Positions 24,982 to 38,137 of a DNA stretch of 64,000 bases are shown here, one piece after another. The position numbers were made by a program, and so were the translations under genes. The stretch covers positions 45,756,001 to 45,820,000 of the forward strand of contig OX597837.1 of assembly GCA_951406725.2 (NCBI GenBank). The letters run 5' to 3'. The notes beneath the pieces are model-generated. The model saw only the letters and a program-made list of their open reading frames with translations, had not been told where the DNA came from and did not search any database. Every line of letters starts with the position of its first letter. Position 1 is the first letter of the stretch. Origin of the DNA: Octopus vulgaris (lineage: Eukaryota).

Positions 24982-25400
24982 TCTATAATAATAAAAGTGA
25001 AAGCAAATCTTAGTGTGTCAGTGTGTCACACTTTTGCAACTTTACTCCTCTAACCCCCTCTCTTATTATTCCATGATACTTCTACTATTCCTCATCTTTT
25101 ACCCCTCACTCACTATTCAATCCCCATATACTGCATTAATATTCCTCACACTTTCCGTTGAATTGTTGCCTTTATTGAACTCTTAAAGCAAAATAGGCCA
25201 AATATGCTCCTTTGTCACTTCCATTATAGCTTTGAAAAAATAACTGTTAAAATCGAACTGCACTCTTTAAACCTTGCACTAAGAATAAACATAAGGTAAA
25301 ATTACTATCTTCTTTTATAGCAAGTTGATGCAGGTAGTTTATTCCCATCCACCTCCGACTTTTAGTTCATGCAATTGGAAAAACTGCATTATTTATGGGA
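24982..25400 (+). mobile_element. probable Helitron 5' end
   Basis: A|TCTATAATAATAAAAG...GTGTGTCAGTGTGTCAC; 3' CTAG end not found. Confidence 0.4.
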
Positions 25401-25768
25401 TGACCCAAAATATACATGCGTGTGTATATATGTACATATAGGTATATGTAATAAATGCAGAAATACATACGTGTGTATACCTCCTCACAAACACTCTTTC
25501 ATAACACCTTCCTAAAACACACACACACACCAACATCCCACACTCCTACTAACCTTCACCACTACACTTCCACACTCAATGCCTTTCACACACACACACA
25601 CACACACACACCACCCTGAAATACACATCCACCACTTTTCCTATTCCCCACTTATGCCTGCTTCCAGGCATAGATGCACTCTTATCGAAACCCCTGCACC
25701 ATCCTTCCTTCTTCACTCACCTCCATAAAACAGCATCTATACTTCATTTTCAAACCTTTACCCTGTCA

Positions 25769-25873
<105 letters not shown>

Positions 25874-25896
25874 GTATGTATATTTCTTTTTTTCTT

Positions 25897-25925
25897 CTGA
25901 TGAAGGCCTACTGTCTGAAACATTG
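25897..25925 (+). ncRNA. hammerhead-like core remnant
   Basis: CTGATGA-AGGC-CTACT-GTCT-GAAAC; cleavage triplet and stem I degenerate. Confidence 0.35.
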
Positions 25926-26029
25926 ATGCTTTCTCTTTACATTAATGCAATCAGTAAGCTAATTAATTATCCTATTTGTGAAACCATTTCTTTTCTGTAC
26001 CATCTTTATTGTTTACTGTAATAACACTA

Positions 26030-26074
<45 letters not shown>

Positions 26075-26079
<5 letters not shown>

Positions 26080-26297
26080 CTTTATTGCCCACAAGGGGCT
26101 AAACATAGAGGGGACAAACAAGGTCAGACAAAGGGATTAAGTCGACCCCAGTGCATATCTGGTACTTAATTTATCAACCCCGAAAGGATGAAAGGCAAAA
26201 TCGACCTCAGCAGAATTTGAACTCACAACGTAACAGCAGACGAAATACGGCTACACATTTCACCCGGCGTGCTAACGTTTCTGCCAGTTTGCCGCCT
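26075..26297 (-). mobile_element. SINE family B monomer
   Basis: Reverse complement of 37663-37893. Confidence 0.85.
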
Positions 26298-26888
26298 TCT
26301 ATATATATTTATATATATATATATACACACACACACGCATATTCTTTTACTTTTTTCAGTCATTTGACTGTGGCCATGCTAGAGCACCGCCTTTAGTCAA
26401 GCTAATCAAGCCCAGGGATAAAAAAATACTGAATTTCAAACATCTTTTATGGTCAAATATGTTTAGTGCAATTCCAAACCATAAAAATCAGACTTTAAAA
26501 CAGTGTTTAGCAACAGTGACATAATTTTCCTTCAAGCTTCAAACAGGAGTTTAGATATGTACCAGCTACTACAAATAATTGTTTGTACGAAAAGTGAGGC
26601 CCCACCTACATCAAATTGTCTTTAAATGAAGTGGTAGTAGAAGAATTATCATTGAACATTTAAAAGGCAAGTTTATTGCTGCCTACGGCCAGCTATATGC
26701 TGGTAGTTCAAGGGTGGGGAATGGAAACAATCTGATTGTACTGACCCCCGAATGGGAAGACAACAAATGTTCTTTATCCTGCAGTTTTGCAATAAGTTCC
26801 AAGACAACAAATTATATCATAGTTTTGATGAAAATTGTTCATTGCTTGGAAAATATTGTTTAATGAAATTTCTTATATATAAGTCTAA

Positions 26889-27109
26889 CCCTTTCGTTAC
26901 CCACCCGGCTGAAACCGACTCTGGCTCTGTAGTATAAATGACTTGTTTTCATAAGTTATCAATTAAAATCTTCCACCAAACCTTAGTCACAATTTATGTT
27001 CCTAACACTAGCTGAATGATACCCAAGTTATTTTAGTAAATTCTTTGTTATATTTAAAATAATTAAAAGAAACACAGAGAATCTCAAAATAAATACAGTA
27101 ACGAAAGGG
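26889..27109 (+). mobile_element. piggyBac-type MITE
   Basis: Perfect 12-bp TIR CCCTTTCGTTAC/GTAACGAAAGGG, flanked by CTAA and TTAA; partial copy at 61370-61487. Confidence 0.85.
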
Positions 27110-27262
27110 TTAATGAAATTTCTTATATACTCAATGCATGAAGCGTCATTGTTGGGCCCAAGGCCCAATGAAGAGCCCTCCACAACTTCACGTGTGTTTC
27201 GGAAAACCTAACATATGTATTAACTTGCTCAGGGTGTCGAGAGCAATACTTAAGCCATTGGC

Positions 27263-27405
27263 ACCAGTGCACACATACTGAGGAAAGCTGCCTCCAGTTC
27301 TACACAAGTTGTGTGCCTTGGGACCACCTGGTTAAGCCATCATTGGATTTCACCCCAAATGTGTTCAGTTGGGTTTAAATCTGGGCTGAGAGCTAGCCAC
27401 GGCAT
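27263..27405 (-). pseudogene. Tc1-family transposase fragment
   Basis: Translates MPWLALSPDLNPTEHIWGEIQ*WL..., matching the WPxxSPDLNPIExxW catalytic-E motif. Confidence 0.8.
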
Positions 27406-27439
27406 ATAATATATATACATACACATATGATATATATAT

Positions 27440-27475
<36 letters not shown>

Positions 27476-28236
27476 CATATGTTGCAGGCAATCTTTCTAC
27501 AAATTTAGTAACCCCATCTATGAACTGCTACAGGGTAGAGAGGGTGGTTTAACTTTGCACTACAATGAATCTCTATAAAACAAGTAATAGGATAATATAC
27601 ACCCACACCACACTAATGAATAAAACCAGTAACAGAATGGGAAGAAAAAACAACTAATTTATTTTGTACAGCATGTGCAATTACATGGGCCAATGATTTT
27701 TTTTATTTTTATTGTAAATGCATAATCAGCTGCCAAGACAATGTGGTACCAGTTTGTCCAATATAACATTTACAATCATAAATTTGACAACTTTCATATT
27801 TGCATAGAAATTCATGTAATACATTAACAGTTTACAAACTTGTTTGGTTTTTTTTTTTTCCATATTTATGGAATCTTGCATGCTTGTAATGTGTTATTAA
27901 AGCTAGTTTGCGGTCGGATATTATTCTTGACATGTTATGTTTGATGAGAATTTTTGTTTTACGTTTCATTCATCTATTCTATAGCAATGGTGCATTTGAT
28001 TCATATAATATACAATATGTCTGTTGTTTTACTGCATACAAATTGATTCTGACTTATTCTATAGTTCAGGCTATTATTGCTATACGTCTAACTGCCCAGT
28101 ATTTGTTACATCCTGTTATTTCTTTGACAGAGCTAGCTTCTGTGGAATAAAACATGAAATGCACTCTATAAAGTAGTTGGCAAACCAACTGAAGGCAACG
28201 TAAAAGTTTGAAAAGAGTATTTAGTCTTTATTTATT

Positions 28237-28537
28237 CCCCCTTTTCAAGCCTAACCAGGCTCATGGGCCCGGTTTCCTGGTTTCTATGGTGTATGTGTTC
28301 CCCCCAGCTGGATGGGGCGCCAGTCCATCGCAGTGTTACTCAAGAAACACGAAGAGAGAGTGAGAGAAAGTTGTGGCGAAAGAGTACAACAGGGGTCACT
28401 ACCACCCCCTTCCGGAGCCCCGTGGAGGTTTTAGGTGTTTTTGCTCAATAAACACACACAACGCCCGGTCTGGGAATCGAAACCGCGATCCTCCAACCAT
28501 GAGTCCACTGCCCTAACCACTGGGCCATTGCACCTCC
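28237..28537 (-). mobile_element. SINE family C, full length
   Basis: tRNA head TGGCCCAGTGGTTAGGGCAG...GTTTCGATTCCC; GCGATGGACTGGCGCCCCATCCAG resembles the V-SINE central motif. Confidence 0.85.
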
Positions 28538-28559
28538 TGAGGGCAAAACAACAGGTTCT

Positions 28560-29330
28560 TTCTTTAGCTGGCAATACCTGAATGAAGACTTGTGGTTATA
28601 GAATCTTTTTTGAAGTTATCTCCACACATACCAATGCATTTTTTCTTATCGGTCATTATATTTGACATACTTGCAGTGACCTCATACATGTGCCTGAGAT
28701 GACTTCGTACATGACTTTACAAGCCTGATCAGTAGGCACGAAAGTAGATTTCCACAAGTGAAATCTGGAATAGTCCATTTGGTAAGTCAGGGACTGCAAA
28801 TATAGCTAAGCTTTGGAGAATGCTTTTAAAGATTTTTTGCATATCTATGGACTTCCAGGAAATGCTTTTCTGGTAGATCAATGACATTTTTTCATACATT
28901 AATTTTCATACTTAGAGAAAACAGTTGGGCAGACCATATAATTTTCCTAGGTCAATTCTTAGGTCATGAATTTAAGTTGTTAAGAGTATAAGAGATGCTA
29001 TCAAAGAATCAACTATCTGCAATAGTAGTATGGTGCTGCTTTCTCAAACATTTCACCTCTTCATACCAGTCTGATATAATCATCCACATGCTATGGAACT
29101 TTTCACCAGAAATCATTTACATGCAGTGGTTTTAGAAAAGGACGGATACCAAAACAATAGTAACTAATGATACAAATGAACTAAGCTCATTCTCCATTTT
29201 CTTAATTATATTGCATGTGACTCTTTCATTAGGCTCCCACATCACTTTCACCAGTTTGACTTTCAATTTTCTCAAGGTTTCCATTTGAGACTGAAAATAG
29301 CCAGGGCTTCAGGCTGAGTGCGCCATTCAG
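28560..29330 (-). pseudogene. decayed PLE ORF (RT C-terminus plus GIY-YIG endonuclease)
   Basis: Frame-broken peptides RKIIWSAQLFSLSMKIN, IDLPEKHFLEVHRYAKIF and KKCIGMCGDNFKKRFYNHKSSFR match the PLE pattern RxIIWFNPPFS...YIGxxxxxFKxRxxNHxxSF; upstream boundary uncertain. Confidence 0.75.
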
Positions 29331-29377
29331 ATTACACCAACATTTTTACTCTATTAGGACCTACACTCTACTTGCAT

Positions 29378-29600
29378 CCAAGACACTTTATTTCATGTTG
29401 CTCCAGTTCACTCAGCTGTAAAAATGAGTTGCGACGTCACTGGTGCAAAACTGTGTCAGCCTTTGCTTTTCCCTCGGATAACATCGGTGGCATGGAGAGG
29501 GGAGGCTGGTATGCATGGGTAACTGCTGGTCTTCCCTAAACAACTCTGGCTGAACTTGGGGCAATCCCATAGCCATTCATGACCGAAGGGGGCATCTTTA
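29378..29600 (+). mobile_element. SINE family D, 3' part
   Basis: CAAGACACTTTATTTCATGTTGCTCCAG...CATGACCGAAGGGGG. Confidence 0.8.
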
Positions 29601-29629
29601 CCCTTTATATATATATATAGATATGTGTG

Positions 29630-29795
29630 TGTGATGGGCTTCTTTCAGTTTCTATCTACCAAATCCACTCACAAAGCTTTTGTCGACACAAAGTTACAGT
29701 TACAGTAGAAGTCACTTGCCCAAAGTTACACACAGTGGGATTGAACCCAGAACCATGTAATTGGAAAGCAAGTTTCTTACCACACAGCCACGCCA
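29630..29795 (-). mobile_element. SINE family A 5' fragment
   Basis: CTACCAAATCCACTCACAA...CTTACCACACAGCC. Confidence 0.75.
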
Positions 29796-30224
29796 GCACC
29801 CAAAATAATAATTTTTTTCCCATGTAACACAAAACATATGGGCTGCATCAAGGCAAATTTATGAGGAAATTTACAGTCTTCAGTGTTTAATATCTCTATT
29901 AAATGTCTAACTGTCTGAGACGAGTTGTTGTTAATGCGATTATAAATTTTCAGGCAATTAATCTTATTGTTACAAAAGAAATATGGTTCTGTATTTACAT
30001 CTGCTGCTGTTCTTCTTGAAAAATAAAGTCTATAGACTTGTTAAATTTTTGTTCTACCCACCCATGGATGCTTTCGGTGAAGTGGGTGAGTGATTTATGT
30101 GTAGGTGAGATAAAAAACAGATTTCCCAGAGGGGAAGGAACATTCATTTTTTTTTTATATTTTTATTTTTATTATTTTAAGACGTTTATTGACTTGTTTT
30201 TCAGGAAGGAGATGTAAATATTGA

Positions 30225-30464
30225 AAATGATAATAAAGATGATGATCATGATGATGACGACGATGATGAAGATCATAATAACAACGACGACAACGATGGC
30301 AATAACGATGATGCTAATTACAACAATATTAATAACGATAATAATAATGATGATGATAAAATAGGGAGGAGGAGAAGGAAAAAGAATGAAGATTATTATT
30401 ATGATCATCATCGACATTGTTATTATTATTATTATTATTACTATTACTGTTATTATTACCATTA

Positions 30465-30501
<37 letters not shown>

Positions 30502-30515
30502 CGCTGTTGTTGTTC
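30225..30515. repeat. (GAT)n/(TAT)n trinucleotide repeats
   Basis: Direct. Confidence 0.9.
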
Positions 30516-30751
30516 ATGTGTAATAAAGATGAGTTTAATAGACTGCAGCAGAACTTTATAATCTTATTAAGAATAACTCAAGTTTGACAAATCTAACAGA
30601 CTCTGGACATTTTGCGCACTTCCATAATGTTCTTCTCTGATTAACTTGATAAAGATATATTCTCTTATCCTCAAGAGGATTTTAATTCTTTCTCTCCGTC
30701 TTTCTTATCTATCCATCTATCTATCGATATCTATAGCCAGATATATATACA

Positions 30752-30792
<41 letters not shown>

Positions 30793-30914
30793 ACACACAT
30801 ACACATATATTTATAATATATGTATGTAGATGTGTGTTACCATGTATATCAAAATAATTTATTGACTCACTGATACAAACATATTTATATACATATATGT
30901 GTGTGTGTGTATAT

Positions 30915-30980
<66 letters not shown>

Positions 30981-30985
30981 CTGTA

Positions 30986-31019
<34 letters not shown>

Positions 31020-31051
31020 TGTATCTGTATATATATATATATGTATGTATG

Positions 31052-31118
<67 letters not shown>

Positions 31119-31190
31119 ACATATATATAAACACACACACACACATATATACAAACATGTATTTATGAATGCATATATACATACATGCAT

Positions 31191-31227
<37 letters not shown>

Positions 31228-31554
31228 CACGCACACATACATATCTATGAATATATATATATATAGATACATACACATATATATATGCATATATAGATAT
31301 ATATTATACACGCATATATACATACACATACATATAAATAACCATTCGCAGTAAATATATATATATGTGTGTATATATGTATGTGTGTGTGTATGTATGT
31401 TACCATGTATATCCATCAAAAAAATCAATGAACTTGCTGATACACAAATGTCATAGAGAAGGGTTAGAAAACATGCGGGAGTGGGTGTATATATATATAT
31501 ACATACATATACATACATGTATGTCATCATCATTATCATATAACATCTGTTTTT

Positions 31555-31975
31555 CTTATTTTTTTACTACCCACAAGGGGCTAAACATAGCGGGGAAAAA
31601 CAAGGACAAACAAAGGGATTAAGTCGATTACATCGACCCCCGTGCGTAACTGGTATTTATTTTAATCAACCTCGAAAGGATGAAAGGCAAAGCCAACCTC
31701 AGCGGAATTTGAACTCAGAACAGAATGGCAGACGAAATACCTATTTCTTTACTACACACAAGGGGCTAAACACAGCAGAGAGGACAAACAAGGACAGACA
31801 AATGGATTAAGTCGATTATATCGACCCCAGTGCATAACTGGTACTTATTTAATCGACCCCGAAAGGATGAAAGGCAAAGTCGACCTCGGTGGAATTTGAA
31901 CTCAGAACGTAACGGCAGATGAAATACCGTTAAGCATTTCACCCAGCGTGCTAACATTTCTGTTAGCTCGCCACC
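31555..31975 (-). mobile_element. SINE family B tandem dimer
   Basis: Two units joined at GACGAAATACCTATTTCTTTA, the same junction as 4657-5072. Confidence 0.85.
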
Positions 31976-31979
31976 TTCA

Positions 31980-32580
31980 TCTGTTTTTCTATGCTAGCAT
32001 GTACTGGATGATTTGACAAGAACTGGCAAGACAAAGGACTGCACCAAGCTCTGTTTGCTTTCGCAAGATTTCTGTGGCTGAATACCCTTCCTGATGCCAA
32101 CCACTTTACAGAGTGGACTGGGTGCTTTCCATGTGGCACCAACACCAATGAGGTAACCAAGTAACTTGCAAAACAAGGACTCCCTCAACTGAGGAGAAGG
32201 GATAGTATTGAGGGGGGAGTGGAATTTATGCAAGGTGATGAGAGGTTAAAGTATGATAGAAAGAGAGGAGTCTTACTGCAGGGGAGATACATGGCTACTC
32301 CAGTAGGGAAAGGGAGAAGAAAGGAGAGCAGGAGGAGGAGAGAGAGACAGAGAGAAGCTGGTAGTGAAGGTGTGTTAGGGCATAGGCACAAGGTACAAGG
32401 AGCTGGATTAAGTGAAGTGGTAGAGAGGATTGAATAGGGTGAGTGAGATGCTAACTCTGCAAGAGTGCAAAAGAAAATGAGAAAGAGAAGAAAGAGCAAT
32501 GCAGTGAGTGATGAACATGGGCAGAGGAGAGAGAAGATGCTTATGTATGAAGGTGGCAGGCAGTCATGGGGATCAATAGC
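31980..32580 (-). mobile_element. RTE-tail family E element with extended body
   Basis: Tail CTATGCTAGCATG...CCCTTCCTGATGCCAACCAC; purine-rich body resembles 50750-50885. Confidence 0.55.
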
Positions 32581-33106
32581 TAGCATTTCTCGTCCCCTTA
32601 AATTAGCAATTCAGCAAACGACTCCATTAGAATAACTACTATACTTCAAAAAAATAAACCCTGAGGTCAATTTCTTCGACTAAAACCCTTGAAGGTGGTG
32701 CCCCAGCATGGCCACAGTCTAATGACTGAAACAAGCAAACAAACTAGATACTGCATGTATATTACATAGACTACTTTCAAAACAATTAGGGGGAAAATGA
32801 AACAGTGCACAAATGCGCAGCAAACAGAAACTGCGGTTGGTATCATAGCAAAAGTATGCACATGCAATCAAAATAGGATATTTCTGAAAGGAGGAAAACA
32901 AACTAAATAACTAGTATAGAATGGATAGAGAGGCACCTGACTGCAGATGTTGGTCTGACATAATTTTCCTCTCTAATGAAAATGACAATAGTGTGCTAAT
33001 TATCGCCATAACAATATCTAATGACTAAGAAATGTGTTGTGGCAGATGTGAGTTGAAAAGCTGAGAAATTACAACTGGTTTAGTTGTTGATATATATATA
33101 CATATA

Positions 33107-33154
<48 letters not shown>

Positions 33155-33189
33155 GCATGCATACCTATATCTATCTATCTATCTATCTA

Positions 33190-33239
<50 letters not shown>

Positions 33240-33883
33240 TATACACACACACATAGACAGAGAGACATAGACATATATATATATACATATATGGCAAATG
33301 AAAAACGCAAGATGGAATATAAGAGAATTTAAGCTACCAGGTGTAAACCATTCGTTTATCCATATATATATATGTGTGTGTGTATAATGTATATATACAT
33401 AAATATATATATATATATATATATATAATCATGTATATATTATATATATATATAAATATATACACATGTGTATATATACATATATGTGTGTGTATATACA
33501 CATATGTACTACATATATATACATAAAAATATGAATATATACACACACACATATTATATATATATATATACATACATACATATATAATATGTAAGTATGT
33601 GTGTTTGTATGTGTGTATATGTAAAAGCTGTTGAAGGAATGTGTCTTGTCATGCATTTTTGTTTGATGAAACTGGAATGGTAAACAAAGACATTAAGACA
33701 TTGAACAGATTGTTCAAGAAAGATAGATATAGACATGTTTCAGGAATTGGCACAATACAGGAATTTGCAGATATTGTCAGGGCTTTGTCATATAACATTT
33801 CTTTACCTTTAGATACTTTTGTATTTGTTTTCCAAGATGCACCAATTCCAATATTTTTTTTTTATGCAAGAGAAGAAACCAGG

Positions 33884-33963
<80 letters not shown>

Positions 33964-34014
33964 GACACACACACAGCAATCTATCTATCTACAGACAGAC
34001 AGATAGATGGATAG

Positions 34015-34385
34015 ACTGGCACAGTCATGTGACAAGAAGCTTGCTTCCCAATCACATGGTTCTGGGTTCAGTCCCACTGCATGGCACATTGGGCAACTGT
34101 CTTCTACTATAGCCTCAGGCCAACCAAAGGCTTGTGAGTGGATTCGATAGATGGAAACTGAAAGAAGCCTGTCATATATGTGTGTTTGTGTGTGTTAGTC
34201 CTCCACCACCACTTGACAACCAGTGCTAGTGTGTTTATGTCCCTGTAACTTAGCAGTTCATCAAAAAGAGATCAATAGAAGTACCAGGCCTTAAAAAAAA
34301 TAAGTACTGGCATTGATTCACTGAACTATAAAGCTTCAGGTCAGAACTCCAGCATGGTCACAGTCTAATGACCAAAACAAATAAA
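34015..34385 (+). mobile_element. SINE family A, near full length
   Basis: Head through tail CTCCAGCATGGTCACAGTC. Confidence 0.85.
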
Positions 34386-34386
34386 A

Positions 34387-34460
<74 letters not shown>

Positions 34461-34644
34461 GGTGGAATAGAAAGCTATAAATGATAGCATAAAAAAATGG
34501 GTTAAAAAACTTGTTGGAGGGAGAAATCAAAGGTTGCCCGTGGGACAGAAAATGTAGGTTCACATCCCACAGGCAGCCTTCAACTGCTTGCATCCAAATC
34601 CTTTCTTCTTTGCGTGCGTGTGTGTGTGTGTTCTTTTTTTACCA

Positions 34645-35980
34645 AATCCTTTCTTCAGAAAGCTTTAGAATTCGGTAGAGGAAAGGTTGTATTCTAAGTG
34701 AGCATTCAGACATTAACATTTCTGTGTATGTTAGAAAACTTCAGTGCAATTTTATGAGAGATAATTCTTTTGGGGGTTAAGCGTAATAATGGCCAGAAAT
34801 TGTTTGATGCAACCATTAGATCATACAATGGAATTGAGGTTTGTGAACAAACAGGATCGAACAGTTTATACACACTTCAAAAATGCTTCTGCTTTGCAGG
34901 GTCTGTTCTTCATCATCATGTCCATTTATACCATCTTTTATGTGGTATGAATGGCTACAAAAGGTTTGCTGTGAGGGATGTAGTACATCAACAAAGTCAC
35001 AAAGACTTTCAAATCACAGCAAATACCATGTTAAGAATACTAAATTACTTAGATATAATCCTGGATCTAAACATTGGTAAATACCACGTTTATAATAAAT
35101 CTAACAAGAAATTACAATATATTTTAATATGAATTTCAACTACACTCCAATAAGCATAAATGTTCATTCAATAACATTGATAAGGACGTATCCAGCTTCT
35201 CCCCTGAGGCGGAATCTTTTAAGCATGCTACTCATTATTAAAATGATGTATTAAAAGGTAGTTACTTCAAAGATAGAATAAATTACACAAGGAACAACTC
35301 TAATATTCATAAATGCGAAAATAGCAAAATGAGATATTATATGGTATGATCCACTTTATAGTTAAAATGTTCATTGTAATGTTGCCGTAATTATCCTAAG
35401 CCTTATAAATCATCATTTCCCCATACACTACAGATTACATATTTAATAAAAATATAAAAGGGACGTGAACTACAGCTACACTAAGAACTTTGCTGCTTCC
35501 CATAACTCATTTAAATTGAATAATCCTTTCCATTAGGAGCATACAAAGCTGTTCTAATAAATTCCTATGATCCTAATAACTACTATCTCAAAAGTATGTG
35601 CCTTTCTGAAGCATTTATTTGGTAAGATCCTCATCAGATGAAAGCTATACAATAAGTTATATAGGGCTTACTAAAAAACCTTTTAAGAAAAGATTCTTGC
35701 AAGATACACATACACTTAGACACCCAGAAAAATACACTACTACTTCACTATCCAGATACATCTGGAGTTCAAAAGATAATGCAGTAACTATAGAATAAAC
35801 TGGTCCATCCCAGAACACATAACTACCTACATTAATTATTCCAGAAGGTGTGGTCTCCACCTCTTGGAAAAGTATACTATTCTCTTATAACTTTTTACAG
35901 TAATGAACAAAGAATGGATTTAATCGATTCTTGCAAACACTTGCATTTCTACTTATTGAAGGATTTCCAACTCCCAATTA
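34645..35980 (+). pseudogene. decayed PLE ORF: reverse transcriptase plus GIY-YIG endonuclease
   Basis: LFDATIRSYNGIEVCEQTG (cf. FDVTMGSYDGAEVCELVG), ILNYLDIILDLNIGKYHVYNK, DIIWYDPLYS, SYIGLTKKPFKKRF...TSLSRYIW; many stops and frameshifts. Confidence 0.85.
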
Positions 35981-36564
35981 GCTAAAATATATTTTCTACA
36001 CACTGGATTTTCAATACACTGAAAGTAGCTGTATAATAAAACAAAAACATTCCTTTATTCACCAGAAGGACACACCCCTTGTAAATGTATATTCTACATA
36101 CGGAAGACATCAAAGCATCACAAATTTTCTCATGTCAGTTGACTAAAACATTATTATGTTCTGTGATTATATTCAACAGGGATGAATGGATGCATTTTCT
36201 AATGATTTTTTTTTTTTCATTGGTAACATGATGTACTACAGACTAATCATATTTTGATGTGCTTGCAAATAGTTTTGGGTACATATTGTTAAACTACTTC
36301 CTTATTTCAACTGTTTGAATAATCAGAAACTTGAAACTCAGAGTTGCTATTCCAGACCTTTCATATTCTAATTTCTAAAAAAATATACACATTCCCTCAT
36401 GAGACATCTTCACCTTTTATACACAAAAAACCTTTATCACTCCATATAGGTATGTATGTATGTATGATGTATATATATGTATATATATATATATATGGGT
36501 GTATGTATGTATACATGTATATATGTGTGTATGTGTGTATGTGTGTATACGTATGTTCTGTTCT

Positions 36565-36870
36565 TTTATTTGGTTCAGTCGGTATGTTGCTCCAGCTATG
36601 CTGAGGCATTATCTTCAAGAGATCACTAAATCATGCCAAACAGAGTACTTGATTGATTGATCTTCATTTATCAAACCACTAAGTCACTAGATATAAAAAT
36701 AACAATATTGGTAACTAAGTGGTGTAAAAGCTCACTCTCATACACACACACACATGCATGTGTGTGTGTTTGTGTGTATTGAAGACTTGCTCAAGCTGCT
36801 ACTCAGTAGGACTGAACCCAAAACCATGTAGTTGGGAAACAAACTTTTTAACTACACAACCATACCTCAC
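36565..36870 (-). mobile_element. SINE family A, old and diverged
   Basis: GAAGACTTGCTCAAG...GGACTGAACCCAAAACCATG. Confidence 0.55.
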
Positions 36871-36890
36871 AGACAGATACATACATACAT

Positions 36891-36938
<48 letters not shown>

Positions 36939-36955
36939 AAAGAAAGAGATATGTA

Positions 36956-37002
<47 letters not shown>

Positions 37003-37662
37003 TATATATGAAAGAAAACATAATCATAGCACATTTGAATGTAAACTAAATTATTCAACACAAGTGAATTGCACAGTTCCTCCAGATAAAACAAACACAT
37101 AATTTATGCATCAGATTCCATAAAAGCCTATTTAAAGATCAATTCCGTTGATTAACCTGTTCTATTTCCAAATCACAAAAGATCCTTGGGGGGGGGGGGT
37201 TACGATGCTCAGCTCTGGTTTCTCTGATTTGCTGTTAATCAAATGAGAAAGATAAGGGCAAAGATCTCACAAGAGGAAACCCAGTGCTGTACCAGACACC
37301 ACCGGACCAACCATCAAATGCAGAATAACGCAGTTGTTTACAAAGGAAAATTGTACTCCCAGTGGTACTTATCCACTTATAAATACATAAAATGGATCAT
37401 TGACAGCTAAGTGCCTTAGAAGTTAAAGATGAAATACGGCTGCTCGTGACATGATACAACTAAACCGTTTGACAGTTGGTTGCTTGATATTCCCCTCTCT
37501 CTGCTTCCCTGTAGAACTTTGGTAAAAATAGAAATAAGGTGTCTGCAATTAGCATTTCTCAACTGATTAAATAATGTCGAATAATATTTGGTAATTTGGT
37601 AATCTAATGGGAAACGTTTGAAGAATTATAAGAATTAACTAAAATATTGCTTGTGTAAAGCT

Positions 37663-37893
37663 AAGGCGGCTAGCTGGCAGAAACGTTAGCACGCCGGGCA
37701 AAATGCTTAGCGGTATTTCCTCTGCCGTTACGTTGTGAGTTCAAATTCCACCGAGGTCGACTTTGCCTTTCATCCTTTCGAGGTCGATAAATAAAGTACC
37801 AGTTATGCACTGGGGTTGATGTAATCGACTTAATCCCTTTGTCTGTCCTTGTTTGTCCCCTCTATGTTTAGCCCCTTGTGGGCAATAAAGATA
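37663..37893 (+). mobile_element. SINE family B monomer, full length
   Basis: AAGGCGGCTAGCTGGCAGAA head, GAGTTCAAATTCC B box; possible TSD AAAGCTA. Confidence 0.9.
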
Positions 37894-38049
37894 TAAAAGC
37901 TACCATGGGTTGTAGGGTGTCATAAGTGGAGTCCACTCAACTGCAAGCTTTCGGATCAAATTTCCTGTCTCCAAGAATGAAGCTGACTTTCATTCTCTGA
38001 CCATTCTTGAGGGCCATGCAGTCTTCTTTGGAATTCTAGTCTCTTAAAG

Positions 38050-38137
38050 TACTGGTGATGGTGCCACATGAAAAGCACTGGCACTGGTGCCATGTAAAAG
38101 GCACTGGTGACGGTGCTACATAAAGAGCACCCAGTAC
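38050..38137 (+). repeat. three ~26-bp tandem units (CTGGTG..GGTGCCAC.TAAAAGCA) from the RTE 3' UTR family
   Basis: Related AAAAGCAC unit at 49890-49980 and 63870-63892. Confidence 0.6.

Noticed and set aside
33641-33870. Protein-looking ORF segment (LFDETGMVNKDIK...)
   Set aside because: No recognisable family, no convincing splice sites, runs into microsatellite
37200-37520. Possible miRNA or conserved non-coding element
   Set aside because: No clean ~60-nt hairpin and no conserved miRNA sequence recognised; conservation cannot be tested here
38050-38137. CRISPR-like short repeats
   Set aside because: No unique spacers, no cas genes, eukaryotic context; the unit matches the RTE 3' UTR
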